From NCBI GenBank assembly GCA_963713865.1, contig OY970208.1, forward strand, positions 512,001 through 576,000: a DNA stretch of 64,000 bases. Direction: 5' to 3'. The notes beneath the pieces were generated by a model. That model did not search any database. It was given only the letters and a program-made list of their open reading frames with translations, and had not been told where the DNA came from. Shown in pieces: positions 9,126-17,516 of the stretch (positions are counted from its first letter, which is position 1; each line of letters opens with the position of its first letter). Source of the stretch: an uncultured candidate division Zixibacteria bacterium. GTDB lineage: Bacteria; Zixibacteria; MSB-5A5; RBG-16-43-9. Made by a program: the position numbers and the translations under genes.

Positions 9126-10122
9126 TTTCCAATCCTTTACCACATAGGGATACAAAAACATCTTCTAAGGTCGGCTCAGCTTTGGAAAGACTCAATATCT
9201 CCGAGCCATTATTACTTATGGCCTCAGTTACCCCTGAGATATAAGAATCGTTCTCCAGGATAAATTTTAAATCAGTTCTGCCAATGTGGGGTTTATGCTC
9301 AAAGGCAAACTTTTTCACTCCGGGTATATTTACGAATCTGTCCAGATTCTCCAACATCAGATTCACCTCGATATGAAAGACCGCATCCTGTTTTAGAGAT
9401 TTCTTCAGATTAAAGGGAGAATCACTGGCTAAAACCTTTCCGTTGTCGATTACAGCAACACGGTCGCAAAGCTCATCTGCTTCAGCCATATAGTGAGTGG
9501 TTAAAAGTACAGTCTTTTCCTGATTCTCTTTCACCCACGATTTTATATATCTCCTTACCTCCCGGGAGATCTGTACATCTAATCCCAGGGTCGGCTCATC
9601 CAGGAACAGTATCTGGGGATCACAGACAAATCCACGAATGATATTCATCTTCTGTCTCATCCCGGTGGAAAGCTTGGCGATTTTGAGCCGGGCATACTCC
9701 TCCATACCCAAGAATTTCAATAGTTCATCGATCCTCTGTAAGGCTAATTTAGTACTCATACCATACAATTGAGAGAACAGCCATAAATTCTCCCTTACAG
9801 TTAAGATGCCATATCCAGAATGTTCGCCGCCTGAGACCATATTTATCTTTTTCCTTACCTTCTCTGGGTATTTTGACACATCGATATTATCCACCAGGGC
9901 AATTCCGGAAGTAGGTAGAAGAAGAGTCGATAATATCTTTATCAAAGTGGTTTTACCGGCACCATTTGGACCTAAAACTCCGAAAAGTTCTCCCGGGTTT
10001 ATGGTCAGGCTAACCTTGTCCAGTGCCATTATCAGATTAGTTTGTTTGGAATTGGAGTTGCTTTTCTTTTTGCCTTTTTTGAAAGTCCGGGTCAAATCCA
10101 AAGTCTCGACTGCGTAACTCAT
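9103..10122 (-). CDS. ABC exporter ATP-binding protein (DrrA-like)
   Basis: Walker A GPNGAGKTT, LSTGMRQK, LFLDEPTLGLD, TTHYMAEADELCDRV. Confidence 0.92.
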   Translation of the reverse strand: MSYAVETLDLTRTFKKGKKKSNSNSKQTNLIMALDKVSLTINPGELFGVLGPNGAGKTTLIKILSTLLLPTSGIALVDNIDVSKYPEKVRKKINMVSGGEHSGYGILTVRENLWLFSQLYGMSTKLALQRIDELLKFLGMEEYARLKIAKLSTGMRQKMNIIRGFVCDPQILFLDEPTLGLDVQISREVRRYIKSWVKENQEKTVLLTTHYMAEADELCDRVAVIDNGKVLASDSPFNLKKSLKQDAVFHIEVNLMLENLDRFVNIPGVKKFAFEHKPHIGRTDLKFILENDSYISGVTEAISNNGSEILSLSKAEPTLEDVFVSLCGKGLENENRAEN

Positions 10123-10144
10123 ATTAAATTCCTTTACGTAAATT

Positions 10145-10179
10145 AAAAAACCGTGACCTACTCTGGATAAGTCACGGTT
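10145..10179 (-). terminator. Intrinsic terminator within the 5' leader of the ABC operon (attenuator)
   Basis: AACCGTGACTTA-TCCAGAG-TAGGTCACGGTT+TTTT, 22 nt before the ATPase ATG and downstream of the promoter. Confidence 0.75.
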
Positions 10180-10204
10180 ATAATAAACCTTATTTTTCCT
10201 TACC

Positions 10205-10279
10205 TCATTTCAGCCTTTTACCCTTTGAAGCGGGCAGAGTTATCCCTCTGCAAAAATCTTTATTAATTCTAAGTCTCAC
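10205..10279 (-). CDS. Putative 24-aa leader peptide MRLRINKDFCRGITLPASKGKRLK
   Basis: Strong SD GGAGGTG (10286-10292), 6 nt, then GTG; lies between the promoter and the terminator. Confidence 0.55.
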   Translation of the reverse strand: MRLRINKDFCRGITLPASKGKRLK

Positions 10280-10316
10280 TCCATCCACCTCCGGACAAAA
10301 GGCTACAATTTTAATT

Positions 10317-10344
10317 ATTATACGTTGATATTTTATTTTGTCAA
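10317..10344 (-). promoter_or_regulatory. sigma70 promoter of the ABC operon
   Basis: Perfect TTGACA-N16-TATAAT. Confidence 0.8.
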
Positions 10345-10481
10345 GGAAAATTTTCGATTTTTTCTATTTTAAAGGCAGGTTTATCCTCAATTGAACTATT
10401 CTGGAAATCTTTTTTCAATTAACCTCGGTTCAAGCTCGTATTATTTTTAAAACCCTTTCTAAGCCGTAAAGGAGGTGATTT

Positions 10482-11075
10482 ATGAAGAAGGTTAGTTTAG
10501 TAACAAGCTTGACTTTCCTTTTTATCCTTCTGGTTTTCTCCTGGTCTTATGCCCAGATGGAGATGGGTAAGGGATGTTCTCACGAGATGAAGATGATGGG
10601 TGAGGAAAAGATGATGTCCCCGGAAAAGTGCGGAATGCCTCAGGAAGGGATGATGTCTCAGATGGGATGCTGCAAGATGGGTATGGAGAAAGGGATGAAG
10701 ATGTGCGGGATGATGGGAGAGAAAGAGGAGATGGGATGCTGTAAAATGGAGTTTTTCCTCTGCTGTAAAGATAAATTAGGTCTCACTGATAAACAGATCG
10801 AAAGCTTAAAATCCATGAAAATGGATTTTATGAAGACGAAAATCAAGATGGAGGCTGACCTGCAGATAGCCCATTTAGAGCTTAAAACCCTTATGGCTGA
10901 TGACAAAGCCAGCTTGAAAGACATAGAGGCTAAGTTAAGGGCAGTGGAAAAGATGAAAACAGATATGAAGATTACCCATCTGAAAGCTTTCAGAGATGCC
11001 AAAGCGCTTTTGACTCCGGAGCAGAAGGAAAAGATGATGAAGTGTGATAAAATGAAATCAGAAGAAGAAGATTAA
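10482..11075 (+). CDS. Spy/CpxP-like periplasmic protein with Met/Cys-rich N-terminus
   Basis: Signal peptide; LGLTDKQ and LLTPEQK LTxxQ motifs; AGGAGGTGA RBS. Confidence 0.8.
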   Translation: MKKVSLVTSLTFLFILLVFSWSYAQMEMGKGCSHEMKMMGEEKMMSPEKCGMPQEGMMSQMGCCKMGMEKGMKMCGMMGEKEEMGCCKMEFFLCCKDKLGLTDKQIESLKSMKMDFMKTKIKMEADLQIAHLELKTLMADDKASLKDIEAKLRAVEKMKTDMKITHLKAFRDAKALLTPEQKEKMMKCDKMKSEEED

Positions 11076-11113
11076 AGAATTTCTATTGTAATAGATCGAG
11101 GTGGTTTTGAAAT

Positions 11114-11146
11114 TTCAGCCAGGTTTTCCCTGGCTGATTTTTTTTG
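11114..11146 (+). terminator. Intrinsic terminator
   Basis: TCAGCCAGG-TTTTC-CCTGGCTGA followed by T8. Confidence 0.8.
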
Positions 11147-11157
11147 TTTTAAAAAAA

Positions 11158-11495
11158 GTCATTGCGAACCCGCCAAAGATAGGGTGAAGCAATCCTTTAA
11201 CTACTGGTTAATGGATTGCTTCGTCGTCCGCCTACGGCGAGACTCCCCGCAATGACAACATTGTTTAAATTCTGGGTGCAGGAGTTCAACTCCTGCACCA
11301 GCAGAAGGAGAGGGAATGTAGGGGTAATTTCCAACTGGATCCAATTGGACATGAATTGCCCTTACCATGTTTTTGCCCAAACAATCAAGGCAGACACGCG
11401 GTTCGACAGGCTCACCGTCCTGACTGTTCGATTGTGCTCACAGTCCCTGAGCGAAGTCGAAGGAAGCAAGGTCGAAGGAGGGGTCTGCCCCTACA
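11158..11495. repeat. Cluster of REP-like and nested palindromic elements
   Basis: GTCATTGCGA..GCAATGAC; GGTGCAGGAG..CTCCTGCACC; GTAGGGG..CCCTTAC; GGCAGAC[..]GTCTGCCCCTAC with nested TTCGA..CTCA..CCTGA..GTCGAAGG units. Confidence 0.75.
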
Positions 11496-11517
11496 AAAAT
11501 TTTCTCAAAGATCTGTA

Positions 11518-11545
11518 TTGACAACACCTGTTCACTTTATATATT
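11518..11545 (+). promoter_or_regulatory. Candidate cassette-array promoter (Pc-like)
   Basis: TTGACA-N16-TATATT about 150 nt upstream of the first GTT crossover. Confidence 0.55.
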
Positions 11546-11662
11546 GTTACTCTGAAACAAGAAGGCGTTGGGTGGCAAAAATTAGCAGAGGTAAAAATTT
11601 CTGGCACTTCAGCCAGAGTTGGTATAAACGAAACAGGTTCGTCTACAACCCCAAAATCAGGG

Positions 11663-11700
11663 GTATATACGCAATAATTGCGGATATAAACGAGTTAAGT
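11663..11700 (+). other. attI-like integron recombination site
   Basis: TATATACGCAATAATTGCGGATATAAACGA-GTTAAGT; the GTTAAGTG core complements the R'' box (CACTTAAC) of the first cassette; no long attC hairpin. Confidence 0.55.
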
Positions 11701-11734
11701 GAAATGGCAACTTAAAATTAAAAGGTGATATGAA

Positions 11735-12532
11735 ATGAAGAAACTGATAGAAGAAGCTAAAAAAACAGTGGTCTTTCTTGGGAAAATTGACCGTGAAGGA
11801 AAGCCACAATTTTATGCTACTGGATTTTTGGTTGGTGTCCAAAATATTTATCATCTTCTTACCGCAAGACATGTAGTTACAGATAGGGAAACTGGCGAGT
11901 TGCAGGATGACAAAATGCTTGCATTCTTTAACTCGAAAGATGGTAGAATCACCTCACGTTCTATAAAAGATATAAAGAGAAATTTTAACGTCAATTGGAT
12001 ATTCCATCAGAATGCAGAAGTTGATATTGCTATAATTCCTTTTGGTTTAGATCCCCAGAAAGACGATGTAAAAGTAATTCCTGATAACTTGTTCCTTTCT
12101 CCAGATAGCCTATTTGAGCTTTATGATGTTTTCTTTTTATCCTATCAACCGGGTGTCAAATTTCAGAAAGGAATTGCTCCTATCATTAGAGGCGGGACAA
12201 TAAGCACAATCAACGAAGACAAAACATTTTATGTAGATGCCTTTGCTTTCCCAGGAAATAGCGGTAGCCCTGTTTTTCTCAAACCTTCGCCTATAAGGTT
12301 TGACGAGAAAGGAATTTCTATTGGCGGGGATCCGTTAGGTGGCAAATTTATAGGAATTGTTGGGGAATATATTCCATATCAAGAGGTGGCTATAAGCACT
12401 CAGACAGGACGTCCTCGTGTTGTTTTTGAAGAGAACACAGGTCTTTCCAAGGTTTGGTCTGTGACTTTCATAAGGGAGATTTTGGAGTCAAGTGTATTTA
12501 AAGAACAACTTGATAAACTGGTGAAAAAATGA
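11735..12532 (+). CDS. Trypsin-like serine protease (gene cassette 1)
   Basis: ATGFLV, LTARHV (His), DIAII (Asp), PGNSGSPVF (Ser); no signal peptide. Confidence 0.85.
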   Translation: MKKLIEEAKKTVVFLGKIDREGKPQFYATGFLVGVQNIYHLLTARHVVTDRETGELQDDKMLAFFNSKDGRITSRSIKDIKRNFNVNWIFHQNAEVDIAIIPFGLDPQKDDVKVIPDNLFLSPDSLFELYDVFFLSYQPGVKFQKGIAPIIRGGTISTINEDKTFYVDAFAFPGNSGSPVFLKPSPIRFDEKGISIGGDPLGGKFIGIVGEYIPYQEVAISTQTGRPRVVFEENTGLSKVWSVTFIREILESSVFKEQLDKLVKK

Positions 12533-12545
12533 AGATGGCCACTTC

Positions 12546-12621
12546 ACTTAACAGCGTGTTTGCGGTTCGCTTCGCTCACCAAAATGCTTACGGCACTTCG
12601 CAAACACGCGAACTGTTATGT
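12546..12621 (+). other. attC site 1
   Basis: R'' ACTTAAC ... GCGTGTTTGCG / CGCAAACACGC arms ... R' GTTATGT. Confidence 0.85.
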
Positions 12622-12794
12622 GCAATTCGAAAACCTGCCTCTGCTTACGCAAAAGGAGACCGTAAATTATGATGATGTTGTTGCCTTCGTTTAATCGGGA
12701 AAGAATGTGGAAAATACGATTAGCTTATGGTATAATTTTTTATTATTTTTATTAAAAGGTTTATTTGAGAATAATAAAAGGATAAAAAGATATT

Positions 12795-13685
12795 ATGAAT
12801 ACTTCTACAATTTCACATGTTATTCAAGGTAATTGCTTATCACGATTTTCAGAAAAATATATTTCTGAAAGGATTGATCTAACTTTTTTAGATCCTCCTT
12901 TTAATCAGGATAAAGAGTACAACTCATGTAATGATAACCTACCAGAATACGAATACTGGCAAATGATGGAGCAAGTTTGCAAAGGAATTAATGAAATAAC
13001 TTCTGATGGTGGGGCAATTTATTTTATGCAGAGAGAAAAAAATACCGAATATGTTTTGCAGTGCTTGCATAAAACAGGATGGGTCTTGCAAAATCTTATT
13101 ATCTGGAAGAAAAAATCTTCAGCGGTTCCATGTTCAAATAAATTTGGTAAACATTATCAGATTATTGCTTTTGCCACAAAAGGTATGTCATCAAGAATTT
13201 TTAACCGTTTAAGAATTTCTCCTCCATTACCAGTAAATTATAAATACGAAAGGAAAAATGGAGTTTACTTAACAGATGTGTGGGATGATATTCGTGAACT
13301 AACATCAGGATATTTTGCTGGGGATGAGGCTATAAGGAAAGAAAATGGAGAGAGGTATCATAAACAGCAATCACCAATTGCGCTTCTTTTAAGAATAATT
13401 CTTTCTTCTACGAAAATTGGGGATACCGTACTAGACCCCTTTGCAGGTACAGGAACGACGTTGGTTGTTTCCGAGCAACTCGGGAGAAAATCCATTGGAA
13501 TTGAGATTGATATTGAAAATGTAAAATGTATTAAAAATCGTTTGAAACGAATTAGTAAATCAGATAATATATCTCGATTTTATAATGATTATATTTATAC
13601 GGAAAATCTGAAAGAAATATGGGATATTGAATTTGCACCAGCTATACCGAAAAAAGAAGAAATGTTAACATTGTTTGGAAAATAA
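12795..13685 (+). CDS. N4-C/N6-A DNA methyltransferase, beta-class (cassette 2)
   Basis: DPPF catalytic motif before LDPFAGTGTT SAM motif; TDVWDDI. Confidence 0.9.
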   Translation: MNTSTISHVIQGNCLSRFSEKYISERIDLTFLDPPFNQDKEYNSCNDNLPEYEYWQMMEQVCKGINEITSDGGAIYFMQREKNTEYVLQCLHKTGWVLQNLIIWKKKSSAVPCSNKFGKHYQIIAFATKGMSSRIFNRLRISPPLPVNYKYERKNGVYLTDVWDDIRELTSGYFAGDEAIRKENGERYHKQQSPIALLLRIILSSTKIGDTVLDPFAGTGTTLVVSEQLGRKSIGIEIDIENVKCIKNRLKRISKSDNISRFYNDYIYTENLKEIWDIEFAPAIPKKEEMLTLFGK

Positions 13686-14515
13686 TGTATTCTATTTATC
13701 ATTTTTTTCAATCCTTAGTCCAGCAAAAACATCTTTTTAAAAAGGTTAAAAAGCTGGATAAATTTCCATTTAATAAGAAACTTTTATCCTGTAAAAATGA
13801 TGGTGTTTTTCCTGATATGGCTATTCGTCTTAATAAAGATAGAAAAATATTTACAGGTGGTGAATTAATAGAGCTAAAAGACAGCGATTCTTATACTGTT
13901 TCATCTTTTAATTCAACCATCCCTTCCAGAAGTAAAAAGATTGGCGATATAATTTCTGGGGTGAATAGTATAATTAAGCAACAAATGGAAGATGCTGGCA
14001 ATGACATTTTCTCTTTACCTATAAGAGATGTATATTATCTTGTCAGAGGAAGAAAAAAGAACCATACAAAAATTTGTCTTATTTATGGCAGTTTTTTTGA
14101 AACAATTAGTATAGAGAACTTGATAAGCCAGTCTTTTTCACAGGTTTTAGAAGAACGATTAAAAGAGAGTGAAAAAATAGTTTCAGATGACTTTAAGCAA
14201 ACTCTTTTATCTATCTTTTCTCAACAGGATAATTTTAGTAAGGTTAGAAATGTAGAAAAGGCATCTGTAAAATTGCGGTTTAGGATTATGACCGAGGTAA
14301 AAGCAGAAGGGAATATATTAAATTCAAAAAAATATCCAGAAATAAAAGATGATACTTTGAATTTTGTTTTACCATGTCATGATGGAAATGAAGAAAATAA
14401 AATAATTGAAAAAGCGGAATATGTTTTTAGTAAAACTGAATTGAACCAATTTAGCATTTTTAAAATTAAACATCATTTTAATGGGTATTTTCTTGTTTTG
14501 CAAATACCATTATAG
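13685..14515 (+). CDS. Putative Type II restriction endonuclease (cassette 2)
   Basis: Coupled to the MTase (TAATG); FPD...ELIELKDS fits PD-(D/E)xK; SFNSTIPS. Confidence 0.65.
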   Translation: MYSIYHFFQSLVQQKHLFKKVKKLDKFPFNKKLLSCKNDGVFPDMAIRLNKDRKIFTGGELIELKDSDSYTVSSFNSTIPSRSKKIGDIISGVNSIIKQQMEDAGNDIFSLPIRDVYYLVRGRKKNHTKICLIYGSFFETISIENLISQSFSQVLEERLKESEKIVSDDFKQTLLSIFSQQDNFSKVRNVEKASVKLRFRIMTEVKAEGNILNSKKYPEIKDDTLNFVLPCHDGNEENKIIEKAEYVFSKTELNQFSIFKIKHHFNGYFLVLQIPL

Positions 14516-14593
14516 ATATTCGTTTATTTCTGCATTATAATTTTAAAAATAAACTATGGCAACAACATAATTTACGGCAGGTTTTCGAACAGC

Positions 14594-14680
14594 ACATAAC
14601 ATCGGATAAACGGCTCGGCTTTTGCAGAGTTTCGACCCAAATTGCCTTCGGCAACTTCGTTTATCCGCGAACTGTTAGCC
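14594..14680 (+). other. attC site 2
   Basis: R'' ACATAAC ... CGGATAAACG / CGTTTATCCG arms ... R' GTTAGCC; shares CGCGAACTGTTA with attC1. Confidence 0.85.
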
Positions 14681-14711
14681 AAAACTGTTATACTGTAGGA
14701 AGGAGAGAATT

Positions 14712-14882
14712 ATGGGAGCAACAAGCAGTGACATTAAGGGAGGGTACAGAATATGTCCTCATTGTAATGGAAAAACTACTTGCAAGTGTGGGTCATGTGC
14801 TGTTCCTCATCCTGAAGGCTTTAGTATTGTGGTAGAAGGTATTTGTAAGGTTTGTAAAGGATTAGGCCAAGTTCCCAAGTAG
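14712..14882 (+). CDS. 56-aa Cys-rich zinc-finger microprotein (cassette 3)
   Basis: AGGAG RBS; MGATSSDIKGGYRICPHCNGKTTCKCGSCAVPHPEGFSIVVEGICKVCKGLGQVPK; below the ORF-track cutoff. Confidence 0.7.
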   Translation: MGATSSDIKGGYRICPHCNGKTTCKCGSCAVPHPEGFSIVVEGICKVCKGLGQVPK

Positions 14883-14996
14883 AATACAGTAGTTTCTGAC
14901 TCGAAGCGGATGTTATCATCCGCATATTTTACTGCCTCAAGGTCAAATTCGACTGGGAGCAAGGCATTAACGTGGTTAATGCACTTAAATAAATAT

Positions 14997-15030
14997 AAAA
15001 AAAGGGGCGACCATAAGAGGTCGCCTCTAC
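14997..15030 (-). terminator. Terminator/REP-like hairpin after lon
   Basis: GGCGACC-N6-GGTCGCC stem with a T7 tract on the minus strand. Confidence 0.6.
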
Positions 15031-15061
15031 ACTTTATCTTCTTCCGTCTTACATCTTACTT

Positions 15062-17424
15062 CTAACCTTTTATTTTTTTCTTCTTATCCAGGGCCAGCCC
15101 TAAAACCTCATCCACTGTTTCCACGAAGACGAATTTTATTTTCTTTTTAATCTCCTCCGGGACTTCCTCTAAATCTTTCTCATTATGCTTGGATAAGATA
15201 ATCGTTTTTATACCAGCTCTATAGGCGGCTAATGTCTTCTCTTTTAACCCTCCGATCGGTAGAACCTGTCCCCGTAGGGTTATCTCACCGCTCATCGCCA
15301 GATAGGGCTTTACTGGCCGTTCAGAAAGAAGTGAAGTAATAGCAGTTGCCATAGTGATTCCAGCCGAAGGTCCATCCTTAGGGATAGAGCCGGCTGGAAC
15401 ATGCACGTGAATATCATATTTCTCAAAGAAATCCTCCGGGATCCCCATCTGTGGGAAGTTGAACGCACATAGGATAATGCAGTTTGAGCAGATTCCTTCA
15501 TCACCTCACCTAAATGACCGGTTAAAGTTAAAGACTTCTTCCCTCTCATTTTGGTAGCTTCCACAAATAAAATCTCTCCACCTGTAGAAGTCCAGGCTAA
15601 ACCTGGCACAACCCCAATCTGTGAAGTCCTTTCTAATACCTCCTGGAAAAATTTCGGAGCACCGAGGTACTCGTGTAGATTATCCGAGGTAAGCTCAACC
15701 TTTTTAACCTCATCTGAGGCAACCTTCTTAGCTACCTTCCTGCAAATAGTGGCAACCTCCCGGTCTAAGTTTCTTAATCCTGATTCTTTGGTATAATCAT
15801 TAATTATCTTTTTAAGCGCCTGGTCCTGAAAAGTAAGATTCTCCTCTTTTAGACCATGATTATCCAACTCCTTTGGTATCAGATATTTTTTGGCTATCTG
15901 CAATTTCTCTAAATCCGTATAGCCAGGAAGCTCTAAGACCTCCATCCTGTCTCTTAACACTGCCGGTATTGGATCCAGGATATTAGCAGTGGTAATGAAC
16001 ATAACCTTGGATAGATCAAATGGGACTTCTAAATAATGGTCTGAAAAGGTATAATTCTGTTCTGGATCTAATACCTCTAACAATGCCGCAGCCGGGTCTC
16101 CTCTGAAATCCTGCCCGATCTTATCCACTTCATCTAACATAAAAACCGGGTTATTAGACCCTGTCCTTCTAATCCCCTGGAGGACTCTTCCGGGTAAAGA
16201 GCCGATGTAAGTTCTTCTGTGTCCGCGAATTTCAGCCTCATCATGCATCCCCCCCAAGGAGATACGGTTGAACTTTCTACCTAAAGCCCGGGCTATGGAC
16301 ATACCCAATGAGGTCTTACCAACACCGGGAGGCCCAACAAAGCAGAGAATAGGACCCTTAAGGTCAGATTTAAGTTTTCTGACTGCTAAGTATTCTAATA
16401 TCCTTTCTTTTACTTTTTCTAAATCGTAATGGTCTTCATCCAGCACTCTTTTAGCTTCTTTTATGTCTAAATTATCCTGAGTCCCTGTGCTCCAGGGAAG
16501 GTTAACCAGCCAGTCCAGATAGGTTCTTGAGACTGTATATTCAGCTGCTGCCGGGTTCATCTTGGAAAGCCTGTCTAATTCCTTTAAAGCTGCCTCCCTG
16601 GCTTCCTGCGGCATTTTAGCTCCCTCAATCTTCTTCTTAAACTCCTCAACTTCCTGGGTTCTCTCATCTGACTCCCCTAATTCCTTTTGTATGGCTTTCA
16701 ACTGCTCCCTTAATATGTAATCTCTCTGCATCTTCCCCATCTCAGTTGCAGCTTGAGATTGAATCTTGCGGGAAAGCTCTAAGACTTCTACCTCTTTATT
16801 AAGATAAAGCGTCAGCTTTTTGAGTCTGTCTTTGACTTCTAAGGTCTCTAAAAGATCCTGCTTCTGAGCTAAGGTAATATTCAGGTTAGAGGAAATCAGA
16901 TCAGAAAGCTTACCCGGATCTTCAGTATTCAAAGCGGAGATCTGCAGATCGTCTGGAAGATAAGGAGCCAAGTTAACTACTCTCTTCAAAAGCTCCAGGA
17001 TAGTTCGGTTCAAAGCTTCCATTTCCACAGACTCTTCTATCAGATCTTCCAGGGGCTCTACCCTGGCAGTGAGGAAAGGATCCTCCTTTATGAATCTTTT
17101 GATCTTGATCCTGGTAAGACCCTGAACCAGAAAACGCACGCTCCCATCTGGAAATCTGAGCATCTTTAAAATCGTGCCAGCAGTCCCTATTTTATGGATA
17201 TCATTCGGGCCAGGATTTTCCAACTCCGGATCCTTCTGAGCAAAAAGCCCGATCACCTTCCCTCCCATCAGGGTATCGTCGATCAGCTTGGCATACCTCT
17301 GGTCAGTTATAACTAAAGGGATGATCAAAGAAGGAAAGACTACTGTTCCTTTCAGGGGCAGTATAGAAAGCTCCTCAGATATCTTTTTTATTTCATCCGC
17401 AATTTTAATCTCTTCTTTAACCAA
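15062..17424 (-). CDS. lon: ATP-dependent protease La; 1-nt deletion near 15452, likely a sequencing error
   Basis: LON N-domain, [15 protein letters not shown], and PKDGPSAG plus GGLKEK in the second frame. Confidence 0.92.
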
Positions 17425-17516
17425 GTTAAACCTCCTCCCTTTTTAGAATGCTTTTCGTGAATGAATTGAATCCATAAGTATACCCTTCATTGCCACAGGA
17501 GAGACGATGGTGCTGA

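Noticed and set aside
11076-11693. Integron integrase or real CDSs (ORFs 11216-11521, 11356-11715)
   Set aside because: These ORFs run through palindromic repeats, have no RBS and no tyrosine-recombinase motifs
14883-14990. Third attC site
   Set aside because: Only short hairpins (GCGGATG..CATCCGC, GCATTAAC..GTTAATGC); no R'' matching GTTAGCC and no L-box arms
15430-15470. Programmed frameshifting in lon (also wzc and the transposase)
   Set aside because: No slippery heptamer or stimulatory structure is evident; the pattern fits homopolymer errors
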